From NCBI GenBank assembly GCA_030827365.1, contig JAUREO010000003.1, forward strand, positions 972-64,971: 64,000 bases of DNA, written 5' to 3'. This document shows, in pieces, positions 9,089-17,706 of the stretch; the first letter of the stretch is position 1, and each line of letters starts with the position of its first letter. This stretch comes from Poseidonia sp. (GTDB lineage: Archaea > Thermoplasmatota > Poseidoniia > Poseidoniales > Poseidoniaceae). A model generated the notes under the pieces. It saw only the letters and a program-made list of their open reading frames with translations, was not told the DNA's origin and made no database searches. Position numbers and translations under genes: made by a program.

Positions 9089-9811
9089 TCAATGGTCATC
9101 GTGAGAGCCGAGGAAGTATTCTCCAATCTCTGGGTCGTTGAGAATGAAATCGGCGTCACCCGTGTGAACGACTTTACCACTTGCAAAGATGTAACCTCTA
9201 TCGGAACGAGCAAGGCTTAAGCGGGCATTTTGTTCGACGATAAGAACGGTGATGCCTTCTTTACGCAAGTTATCAATCCGTTCAATGATTTGTTGTTGAT
9301 AGAGCGGTGACAAGGCTGCAGTAGGTTCATCGAGCAACAAGAAAGAAGGGTCGGATATCAACGCCCTTGAGATGGCAAGCATCTGTCGTTCTCCGCCCGA
9401 TAATGATGCTGCGAGGTCATGCTCTCTTGAGCGCAAGTCTGGAAACATATTGAGGGCCCGTTCAATTCGTTGTTTGAGGATTGGTGAGGGCAATGCATTG
9501 CCACCCATTTGGAGATTCTCTTCCACCGTCAAAGTTGGGAAGACATTGTTGACTTGAGGGACATATGCGATTCCTTTTCGAACGAGCTGGTCAGTTCTCA
9601 TCTTCTCAATCGATTCACCACGATAGGATACTGTTCCACCATAATAGGTGGCAATGCCAAACAATGTCTTGATGAATGTGGATTTCCCACAACCATTTGG
9701 TCCAATGATGGTCACGAACTCGCCTTCATCGATGTACAAATCAATATCATAGAGAATTTGGACACTGCCGTATCCACCACTAAGGTTTGAAACCTCAAGT
9801 AATCGTGTCAT
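9089..9811 (-). CDS. livF: Branched-chain amino acid ABC transporter ATP-binding protein LivF
   Basis: GPNGCGKSTFIKTL, LSGGERQMLAISRAL, LLLDEPTAALSP. 4-nt ATGA overlap with livG. Confidence 0.9.
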   Translation of the reverse strand: MTRLLEVSNLSGGYGSVQILYDIDLYIDEGEFVTIIGPNGCGKSTFIKTLFGIATYYGGTVSYRGESIEKMRTDQLVRKGIAYVPQVNNVFPTLTVEENLQMGGNALPSPILKQRIERALNMFPDLRSREHDLAASLSGGERQMLAISRALISDPSFLLLDEPTAALSPLYQQQIIERIDNLRKEGITVLIVEQNARLSLARSDRGYIFASGKVVHTGDADFILNDPEIGEYFLGSHDDH

Positions 9812-10593
9812 TCTTCTTCACCTCCATCACCTGCGGCACCAAGATAAGCCTCAATCACGGCTCGATTCGAACGAACTTCATCTGGTGTGCCTTCCATGAG
9901 GACATTGCCTTCATTCATGACAATAATGCGGTCAACCCCCTGACGGAGAATAAAGTCCATGTTGTGTTCAATGACCAGAATTGAGATGCCTGTTGCATCA
10001 ACAAGGGACCTAAGATTGTTGAAAATTTTCATAGCAAGTGGACCTGCTACGCCAGCAACTGGTTCATCGAGCAAAAGAAGTTGGGGGTCTCCCATCATCG
10101 AACGACCAATGTCTACAAGTTTGCTTTGTCCACCCGACAATTCACCTGCAAGGTTGTGAGCCATATGAGGCACTTCAAGTTGTTCAAGAACGGCAAATGC
10201 CTTTTCCAACCGTTCTTTTTCTTCTATTCTCGTCCTGCCGCGTAGTAAGGTCATCAACGGATTTGGAGCAAATTGTTTCCTTGGTGGAACAAGTAAATTC
10301 TCTATGACCGTCATTTGTTTCCACAATTGAGTATGTTGGAATGTTCGAGTCATGCCTAATTTTTGAATTTGGTCTGGTCTCATTTCTGAAGCATCTACAC
10401 CAAACACTTCGACGGTTCCACTTGTTTTTTCGAGCAGCCCACTAATACAATTGAACGTCGTTGATTTGCCGCAACCATTCGGTCCAATCAATCCAACAAA
10501 CTCACCTTTTCCAATCTCGAAAGAAACATTATTGACAGCGACAAGTCCACCGAATTCCTTTCTCAAATTTTGAACAGAAAGCAGTGATGTCAT
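9808..10593 (-). CDS. livG: Branched-chain amino acid ABC transporter ATP-binding protein LivG
   Basis: GPNGCGKSTTFNCISG, LSGGQSKLVDIGRSM, LLLLDEPVAGV. 4-nt ATGA overlap with the upstream permease gene. Confidence 0.9.
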   Translation of the reverse strand: MTSLLSVQNLRKEFGGLVAVNNVSFEIGKGEFVGLIGPNGCGKSTTFNCISGLLEKTSGTVEVFGVDASEMRPDQIQKLGMTRTFQHTQLWKQMTVIENLLVPPRKQFAPNPLMTLLRGRTRIEEKERLEKAFAVLEQLEVPHMAHNLAGELSGGQSKLVDIGRSMMGDPQLLLLDEPVAGVAGPLAMKIFNNLRSLVDATGISILVIEHNMDFILRQGVDRIIVMNEGNVLMEGTPDEVRSNRAVIEAYLGAAGDGGEEE

Positions 10594-13500
10594 TGTTCTT
10601 CACCGCCTTGCTTTGGATGTGGTGGCCGATACGGTACTTCGGGAAGCAACCCCTTTGGATTGTATCGTAGTGAAAAGACGAGCAATAAACCAACAAGCAG
10701 GACTTTGACGTACGCCATTCCTGCTCGGATTTGTAGGTCTTGGCCAATCATGAACACCTCATCGATTGAGCGTTGGTCAAAGAAAAGAGTTGCGAGTGCA
10801 AAGATGACACTAAACCAAAGGAATGTTTCGCGAAGGGGTATGATTCTGAAGAGGTAAGCAATAGCCATGATGACAAAGCAAACCCACATCATCAACATTG
10901 TTTCAGTAACGAAGAGATTGAACCAATTATCGATTAAATCAGCTGTTTCATGAAGGGGTAGGTCACTACTTCCTTGTGCTGCAACGAGAACGTTGAAAAC
11001 GAATTCCATCAAAACGATGATGCTTGCTCCGATGAGCATACCTCGATTGTTTCCTACGCCTCCAATGATGAATGCAGCCCATACGAGGAAGGTTGTTTTG
11101 GAAGGAGACATGAATGAAGGTTGGAAACCATTGAGCTTCCATGCCCAAAGTGCACCTGCGAATGCCGCAATTGACGCACCAAGTGCGAGGCTTGCTGCTT
11201 TGTGTCGTAAAATATCGTGACCATGATGTTGAGCTACCATTTCATCTTCTCGAATCGAACGCAAAATTCGACCCCAAGGGGATGCAAGAACGGTATTGAG
11301 CAACCACCAGGTGACGGCAAGCCCAAGGATTCCAATGGTTGCAAGAACGAACATGTACGGTGCTGGTTCCCCAAGGCCGAGCAGATCGCCAACCGATTCA
11401 GCCATACTTCCCATTCCTTCTGTGTTTGAACATGCAATGGGTGAAAGCGGATTTCCGTTGGCATCAAGAGGAGTCGTGGAACCGCAAAACCACCACTCTT
11501 GGAATGGAAGTTTATACCTTGAAATGCCCACAGCACTACCCCAAGAACCTGCTCGAAGAAGAGGCTCACCGCTCAATAGAACCCGTACAATTTCTCCAAG
11601 TGAAATGGTGATGATCGCAAAATAATCACTGCGTAATCGAGCTGTCGGATAGGCAAGGAACCAACCTGCGATCGCACCAATAATCATGGCGAACAGAAGT
11701 GCATAACCAATGGGCCAATCGTAGCCATGCAATTCTTTGGGAGCTGTGAGTAATCCAACGGTAATCGCTCCAATTGAAGCAAAGAAAATGACACCGAAAT
11801 TGAGTTGACCTGTAATTCCTGTATGCAGATTAAGCGACATGGCAAGAATTGCAAAAATAGAAAGAGTGACAAGCACGTTTGAGACTTGTAAGGTCTTGAC
11901 AAAGGCTGACTTATCGGACTCCGCAACAGGAAGCCAATTGATGAATGCAAGCATGAGGATGGCAAGGAGACCAAATAGAATCCACGAACCTTTTTCACTT
12001 TCTCGACCATATGGAATACGTAATCGATTGAGTTCTTTCTTCCATCTCGGCGATTCTGTCTTTGATGTGAAAAATCCACTCATCTTCAACCAGAGGGTTG
12101 TTCCAATCTTTTGAGAAACTTGACTTGCCTTTCGGGAAATGTTGTCGGCATATTCAGATATGTTTATCCATTGTTTTTCAATACGTCCAGAAAGAGAACT
12201 CAGTGTCAGTGCTAACGATGCCGTAAGGGATTCAAATCGATTGCTTTTCTTCATTTCTTTATCCTGTAAGATGAAGAACCCTTCTCTCCATGCGAAGAGA
12301 TAGAGCAAAATCGGAACGGCTGGCCAAAGAAGCAGTCCGATGTTCGAAAGGATAGCAACAAGTAATTCTTCACCGTGCATTAGGAACAACCATTGTTCTT
12401 GCTGGGCTGAGGAAAATGTACTCGGTGCGTGTTTCAAAGCAATGGCTGAATCACCACCTGTGATAAGATTGAAGATGGACCTATTCGCTATGGAATGGTC
12501 GCGAACAAAGTTGCTAAATTTGTACAGCACGTAAGCGATGAATGTTGACAACAAATACAACTGACCTCGTAATGAATTTCGCATGCTGAAATGTTGGATA
12601 CCTGTGGGAGCAAAGAAGATGCCAAGTAATGCTGAACGCTTTTGGTTCGGAGTGAATTCCTTTTCAGCTCGAGTTCGTATTCGTTTTATGTTCCATTGGT
12701 CAAAGGCATCACCGATGCCTTTTGGCATGATGAGCAGTATGGCAATAATCAGAACATATGGCATGACCTCAGCGAGATTTGAATAGTTTGACCGTTCAAG
12801 TGGGGCACCAATGCCCATGAGAATTGGAGAAGAAACTGAACGAACAAATCCAATGATAATGGCTCCAACGATGGCTCCTGGGACTGAACCTATTGTTCCA
12901 AGGACAATAACGGCAAATGCTGGCAACAGCAATGTGAATCCTGTTTCGGGGCTAAACCGAATAGTCATTGCAAAAATTGCACCACCTATTCCCGAAATTC
13001 CAGCTGATAGAAACGCACTGGTCATATGTACTCGTTCAACATTAATTCCACAACTTGCAGCGAGTTCGGGGTTATCTGCAACGGCCCTCATTCTTCTGCC
13101 AAGTCGGGTTTTGGTAAGGAGGAGCAGGAGCAGGCCCACAGAAGCGAAGATCACAAATGGCATGGCTGCACTGTAATAGGTGTAATTCGAAGTGAGGTCG
13201 GTGACGCAATCGCTACCAACAGAGTACATATCCACGAGGGGCTTTGTTCCATTCGTGGTTATTTGGTCGTAAACGGGTGCACCATCGACGACGCCGACTT
13301 GCTCGCAACTGCCATAGGTGTATGTGGAGCCCTCAGCGACAGCCCTGTCGCCCAAATTTAGTTTTGTTACAACGGTTGGTGCTTCAAACCGTTGCTCAGA
13401 GGGTATACGCCAATCGACATCAGGCTCAAACAACTTTGTTCCCGCTCCAAACCTTAGATACACAATGGCACGAAGAACCAGGGCGACACCGAGAGATGCG

Positions 13501-14207
13501 ATCATCATAACATCAGGCGAGGACTTTCGTTCACGAAAGCCACGAAACACCAATCTGTCAATGACGATTCCAGCAATACCTGTGAGGATGAAAGCACCAA
13601 TCAATGTCCAAACGAGAACAGACCATATCAATACACCATCCTTTGGAGTGGCATGAAGAGGAAAAAAGAAGTCCATCCACATCATCATGATGGCAACATA
13701 CATTCCGAGCATGAAAAATTCACTTTGAGCAAAATTACCGTATCTTTGAACGCTGTAGGTCAGGGTACAACCCACGGCTATCGCCAAATAAGTCGATGAC
13801 CATGTGAGCGTGCCAAATCCAATCGACGTCAAATTGAAACTAATTTGGCTACTCGTATTAAGACCAAGGAGGAGTAATTCGATGGTAATGAGCACCACGA
13901 TGAGCAAAAAAAGTGGAGATGATGCCATCATAACTGTTCGGGGCCATCCTGGTTTGATATCATCAAACACAACTTTGACAAGCAAGAAACCCATCGAAAT
14001 CAGTTGAAGAGATTGGGAGAGCCAAACCATATCGTCAGGAATGTTTCCACCGAGTGTGGCATCAATTCCGTTTGAGACTCCAAATTGATAGAGTAAGCCT
14101 AAAACAGCATCGAACGCTACGATGAATGCAATCAACAATCGTCTTTTGATACGAGGCATTTCCCTCCAACGAAATCGAAGAGAATCAGAGAATTCTTGAA
14201 TTCGCAT
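10590..14207 (-). CDS. Fused LivH-LivM branched-chain amino acid ABC permease (1205 aa) with extra N-terminal helices, inter-domain linker and Cys-containing loops
   Basis: LivH-type motif TRLGRRMRAVADNPELAASCGINVERV in the first half. LivM-type motif SPWGRILRSIREDEMVAQHHGHDILRHK in the second half. Many TM helices throughout. Confidence 0.85.
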   Translation of the reverse strand: MRIQEFSDSLRFRWREMPRIKRRLLIAFIVAFDAVLGLLYQFGVSNGIDATLGGNIPDDMVWLSQSLQLISMGFLLVKVVFDDIKPGWPRTVMMASSPLFLLIVVLITIELLLLGLNTSSQISFNLTSIGFGTLTWSSTYLAIAVGCTLTYSVQRYGNFAQSEFFMLGMYVAIMMMWMDFFFPLHATPKDGVLIWSVLVWTLIGAFILTGIAGIVIDRLVFRGFRERKSSPDVMMIASLGVALVLRAIVYLRFGAGTKLFEPDVDWRIPSEQRFEAPTVVTKLNLGDRAVAEGSTYTYGSCEQVGVVDGAPVYDQITTNGTKPLVDMYSVGSDCVTDLTSNYTYYSAAMPFVIFASVGLLLLLLTKTRLGRRMRAVADNPELAASCGINVERVHMTSAFLSAGISGIGGAIFAMTIRFSPETGFTLLLPAFAVIVLGTIGSVPGAIVGAIIIGFVRSVSSPILMGIGAPLERSNYSNLAEVMPYVLIIAILLIMPKGIGDAFDQWNIKRIRTRAEKEFTPNQKRSALLGIFFAPTGIQHFSMRNSLRGQLYLLSTFIAYVLYKFSNFVRDHSIANRSIFNLITGGDSAIALKHAPSTFSSAQQEQWLFLMHGEELLVAILSNIGLLLWPAVPILLYLFAWREGFFILQDKEMKKSNRFESLTASLALTLSSLSGRIEKQWINISEYADNISRKASQVSQKIGTTLWLKMSGFFTSKTESPRWKKELNRLRIPYGRESEKGSWILFGLLAILMLAFINWLPVAESDKSAFVKTLQVSNVLVTLSIFAILAMSLNLHTGITGQLNFGVIFFASIGAITVGLLTAPKELHGYDWPIGYALLFAMIIGAIAGWFLAYPTARLRSDYFAIITISLGEIVRVLLSGEPLLRAGSWGSAVGISRYKLPFQEWWFCGSTTPLDANGNPLSPIACSNTEGMGSMAESVGDLLGLGEPAPYMFVLATIGILGLAVTWWLLNTVLASPWGRILRSIREDEMVAQHHGHDILRHKAASLALGASIAAFAGALWAWKLNGFQPSFMSPSKTTFLVWAAFIIGGVGNNRGMLIGASIIVLMEFVFNVLVAAQGSSDLPLHETADLIDNWFNLFVTETMLMMWVCFVIMAIAYLFRIIPLRETFLWFSVIFALATLFFDQRSIDEVFMIGQDLQIRAGMAYVKVLLVGLLLVFSLRYNPKGLLPEVPYRPPHPKQGGEEQ

Positions 14208-14227
14208 GCATCATCGCCTCGATCATC

Positions 14228-14304
14228 AGGAGCACACAGCAAAAAGTTGAAACGAATTTGACCCAATCAAGCAGATGTGGGTGCCTCGCATACTTTTTGC
14301 TCCT
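14228..14304 (-). promoter_or_regulatory. Interrupted inverted repeat in the 192-nt spacer upstream of the liv permease gene
   Basis: On the + strand, AGGAGC (14228-14233) pairs with GCTCCT (14299-14304) and AAAAAGT (14241-14247) pairs with ACTTTTT (14292-14298). There is a 7-nt bulge and a 44-nt loop. The transcribed strand carries two T5 runs. Confidence 0.3.
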
Positions 14305-14399
14305 GCTCAAAAATTTGGAATCTGTATCAAATACCTTTCCATATCATGCCTTACTAAATTCAAGTTATAGATGTTTGGCCTATCAAACTGGCTTTTGCG

Positions 14400-15365
14400 T
14401 CACTCGTTTTTGGTGTGAGGACCGGTCATCGGACCCAATGGAATAATGCGGTAAGGATTGAGATTGGTGTGGGACCAAAAATAATGAGATTTGATATGAT
14501 TCCAATCACATGTCGATTCAACACCATCAAGACTCAAAAATCGATTAACAAATCCTGTGAGATTTGGATAATCAAGAATTCGTTTCAAGTTACATTTGAA
14601 ATGAACCACATAGACCAAATCAAATCGAACCAAGGTTGTGAAAAGGCACACGTCGGCTTCGGTTAATGTCCCTTGACCTTGGCCTACAAGCCACATTCGG
14701 CCCTCCAGATGGGTTTCAAGTTCGTCCAATCGATTGAAAAGTGATACGACGGCTTCTTCGTATGCATCTTGCGTTCTTGCAAAGCCAGATTTGTACACTC
14801 CATTGTTGACCGTTTCATAATTTGCATCGATCATAGCGTCAATTTCTTCCCTCAATTCATTTGGTGCTAAGTTCATTCCACTTGGAGAACGAAGATGATC
14901 AAAACTTTCCGACAGCATTCGAATAATTTCACGTGATTCGTTGTTGACAATCGTCTGCAATTTTTTGTCCCATAGAACGGGAACAGTTCCAATCTTTCCA
15001 TTTCGCCCCCAATTCTCGTCGGCTTTTTGATAAATCTCTTCGAGAGTACGACTGCCATACATTGAATCCTTTGTTGCCCCAGGTTCATCTGGATTAAACG
15101 ACCATGAACCATCATGGTTCATTCGCCAATCCACAACATCAACTGTGATGTGAGATTCAAGCCCCATGATGGTACGAGCAAGTAACGTGCGGTGTGCCCA
15201 AGGGCAAGCATGAGAGATATACAGGTGATAACGATTTGACTCAGGGATAAATGGGCCATTGAATGAAAACACATCTCGAAATTCGCTCGATTTACGCACG
15301 AATTTTCCTTGATTAAATGCCGATGTCCAAGCACTTGCTTGTTCACGCTCTTGACTCACGGTCAT
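14400..15365 (-). CDS. Xi-class glutathione transferase / glutathionyl-hydroquinone reductase (YqjG/ECM4 family)
   Basis: RYHLYISHACPWAHRTLLARTIMGLE contains the CPWA catalytic motif of the GS-HQR family. 321 aa. The start is 3 nt after the pirin stop (TGAGGGATG). Confidence 0.85.
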   Translation of the reverse strand: MTVSQEREQASAWTSAFNQGKFVRKSSEFRDVFSFNGPFIPESNRYHLYISHACPWAHRTLLARTIMGLESHITVDVVDWRMNHDGSWSFNPDEPGATKDSMYGSRTLEEIYQKADENWGRNGKIGTVPVLWDKKLQTIVNNESREIIRMLSESFDHLRSPSGMNLAPNELREEIDAMIDANYETVNNGVYKSGFARTQDAYEEAVVSLFNRLDELETHLEGRMWLVGQGQGTLTEADVCLFTTLVRFDLVYVVHFKCNLKRILDYPNLTGFVNRFLSLDGVESTCDWNHIKSHYFWSHTNLNPYRIIPLGPMTGPHTKNE

Positions 15366-15368
15366 CCC

Positions 15369-16220
15369 TCATGCAAGTGTGCCATTGTTATAGTCGCCAA
15401 TCGCTTGCATAATCTCTTCCCTTGTGTTCATGACAAATGGACCGTATCGTGCAATAGGTTCGTTAATTTCTGGACCGCCGAGTATCAAGTATTCTGCACC
15501 ATTGGCTCCTGCCTCAAGGGTGAGCGACTCACCGGGGCTACTCAATCCTAATTCACCATCTTGAACTGATTTTTGTCCGATATTCACGCTACCTCCAAAC
15601 GCATACACCATGATGTTGTGGTCTTGTTCACATTCATGCGTGTAGATTGCACCGGGCTTAAGCCTCATGTGAATGTAGGTGATGGGGATGACGGTATCGA
15701 TGATGGCTTCTGCGCCTAAGGCCTTACCTGCTATCACTTTCGCCCAAATCAATTTGTCTTCAGACTCAACGATTGGTAATGCCTCGCTCATGATGTCTTG
15801 ATAACGTGGTGCCATCATCTTGTCCTTTGCAGGTAGGTTGACCCAAATTTGGAATCCATGCATGAGTCCGCCCGATTCATAAAAATCAGGATGAGGTAAT
15901 TCTGAGTGAATGACGCCCCTGCCAGCGGTCATCCATTGAACATCACCGGGGTTGAGGTCGCCCTTATTGCCCGCTGAGTCGGCGTGTTGCATGCAACCGC
16001 TAAGCATGTACGTAACGGTCTCAAAACCGCGATGTGGGTGGTCGGGTGCACCAATGGCTTCGCGAGGCCCGTAATTGACTGGACCCATTTCGTCGAGAAG
16101 AAGAAAAGGACTCATTAAACGACCCATGGCAACTGGTCTACGGACTTTGAAGCCTCCTCCTTCGAGAACAACATGCGTGGGTACAATGGATTTAATGTGT
16201 CGGACATTTGTGGACATCAT
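15369..16220 (-). CDS. Pirin family protein (bicupin; quercetinase-like)
   Basis: APDHPHRGFETVTYMLSG and DVQWMTAGRGVIHSE are classical pirin N-domain metal-site motifs. ATGA overlap with the upstream gene. Confidence 0.9.
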   Translation of the reverse strand: MMSTNVRHIKSIVPTHVVLEGGGFKVRRPVAMGRLMSPFLLLDEMGPVNYGPREAIGAPDHPHRGFETVTYMLSGCMQHADSAGNKGDLNPGDVQWMTAGRGVIHSELPHPDFYESGGLMHGFQIWVNLPAKDKMMAPRYQDIMSEALPIVESEDKLIWAKVIAGKALGAEAIIDTVIPITYIHMRLKPGAIYTHECEQDHNIMVYAFGGSVNIGQKSVQDGELGLSSPGESLTLEAGANGAEYLILGGPEINEPIARYGPFVMNTREEIMQAIGDYNNGTLA

Positions 16221-16714
16221 GACATCAACTCCCTAATTATCTCCAATATTGAGTCGGGGTTTTTAGGCCGATTTTTGTTGACGATTAATGACCTACCAAG
16301 GACGGTGCAACCCAAATGAGCAAATTGGAGTCGCATTGCAACAATACAGGTTTGACCTCCGCCACCCGAGACACTTGCAAGTGCAACCCTTCGAAATCGG
16401 AACAGCCGCCGAAAATCGTCGCCCTCCCTTGAAAGCCATGCGATCATGTTGTTGAGCACCGGTGGGATTGAACCGTTGTATTCTGGGGCACAGACAATCC
16501 AACCATCTGAATCGTCAAGTGTATTCATTAACGCTTTGAGCCCTTGAATTTCTTGATGAGCATCATCAGCCGCTGGCGTATACATCGGTAATTCAAGGCC
16601 GCAAATATCTAGCAAGGTGGTTTCATGACCTTCGTTATCGGCTAATTCAGCGAATGATTTCGCTAAATCAGCATTTTTTCCGGTCGACGCAAACATCGCC
16701 ACAATCTTCCCCAT
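16217..16714 (-). CDS. NAD(P)H-dependent FMN reductase family flavoprotein
   Basis: The flavodoxin-like fold motif WIVCAPEYNGSIPPVLNNMIAWLS matches the FMN_red family core. 165 aa. Confidence 0.8.
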   Translation of the reverse strand: MGKIVAMFASTGKNADLAKSFAELADNEGHETTLLDICGLELPMYTPAADDAHQEIQGLKALMNTLDDSDGWIVCAPEYNGSIPPVLNNMIAWLSREGDDFRRLFRFRRVALASVSGGGGQTCIVAMRLQFAHLGCTVLGRSLIVNKNRPKNPDSILEIIRELMS

Positions 16715-16826
16715 AGTTTCTTGAGTTCGTTCCTCGTTTATGTCATGTCGTTTTTCAAATGTTGAACAGAGTTGAATATTTTGACATTCACATCATGTTT
16801 ATGAATATCGAGTTCTTGAAAAGTTC

Positions 16827-17102
16827 ATGGTCGATTCGGTTATTCTCACGCATGCAGACAATGCAGAAACCGACTTTCTTATCTATACTGGAAATTTCTG
16901 TGGTTATTGTCAAGCACTCAAGCGATTGCTTGAACGTCATCAATTCTCTTACATTGAATACAACTTTGATCAGTACCCTGGACTTAGAGAACAAGTTGTT
17001 GGAGAAACTGGTCATCGAACCGTTCCTGTCGTGTTTGATTTGAGGTCGGGTGAACCAAAGTTTATCGGTGGATTTGACCAAACGAACGCTATGCTTCGCT
17101 GA
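16827..17102 (+). CDS. Glutaredoxin
   Basis: Active site CGYC, TVPVVF and GGFD motifs. 91 aa. Divergent from the FMN reductase operon. Confidence 0.85.
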   Translation: MVDSVILTHADNAETDFLIYTGNFCGYCQALKRLLERHQFSYIEYNFDQYPGLREQVVGETGHRTVPVVFDLRSGEPKFIGGFDQTNAMLR

Positions 17103-17697
17103 AAGTTTCAAGCCATTCTTTGAGTGCATCATGATATTCAATTGGAATCATATGACCTTTTGAGTGTTCGACCAATTCAACAGCCCAACCTGCAGCCTCA
17201 AACAGATGAGCTATCGCCCAACCATCTTCAATCGGAACTCGTAAATCTTTCTCTCCGTGCATCCAAAAAAGTTTCTTGGGCTCGAGATCTTCAAGCCTCA
17301 TTCGAAGTTCAAGCGGTCGAATAAGTCTTGATGCCATACAAATGACGCCCGCAATTCTATCCCCAATAGGCAAATGTAGCAATTCTTGAGCCATCGCCCC
17401 GCCTTGAGAAAATCCACCAACGACCAAGGGACCCGAATCTGCTTGTTCTGAAATGATCTGTTCGAGATGGCTTAGACTTGAGTCGACATCGATGTATTCC
17501 CTTCTAGTCAATTGTTGCCGTCTCGGTGCATCGGGATCTTCCACCTCATACCTCCACCATGTATGTCCTCGCTTAGGATGGATAAACCGTGCCTCTGGTA
17601 CGACAAGCGTCCAACCCTCAGGAACGACTTTCTGGGCAAATGGCCTCATCATCTCGGCTGTGCCCGTCATGCCGTGCATCAAAATGAGTGTCGGCAT
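17089..17697 (-). CDS. Alpha/beta hydrolase, phospholipase/carboxylesterase family
   Basis: Nucleophile elbow GFSQGG, C-terminal HSKGH with the catalytic His context, ~200 aa. Confidence 0.8.
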   Translation of the reverse strand: MPTLILMHGMTGTAEMMRPFAQKVVPEGWTLVVPEARFIHPKRGHTWWRYEVEDPDAPRRQQLTRREYIDVDSSLSHLEQIISEQADSGPLVVGGFSQGGAMAQELLHLPIGDRIAGVICMASRLIRPLELRMRLEDLEPKKLFWMHGEKDLRVPIEDGWAIAHLFEAAGWAVELVEHSKGHMIPIEYHDALKEWLETFSEA

Positions 17698-17706
17698 GTG
17701 TCCACC

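Noticed and set aside
16759-17141. Two overlapping ORFs (94 aa on +, 117 aa on -) across the glutaredoxin locus.
   Set aside because: The AT-rich region yields spurious ORFs. Only the 16827..17102 frame carries the CGYC, TVP and GGFD glutaredoxin motifs.
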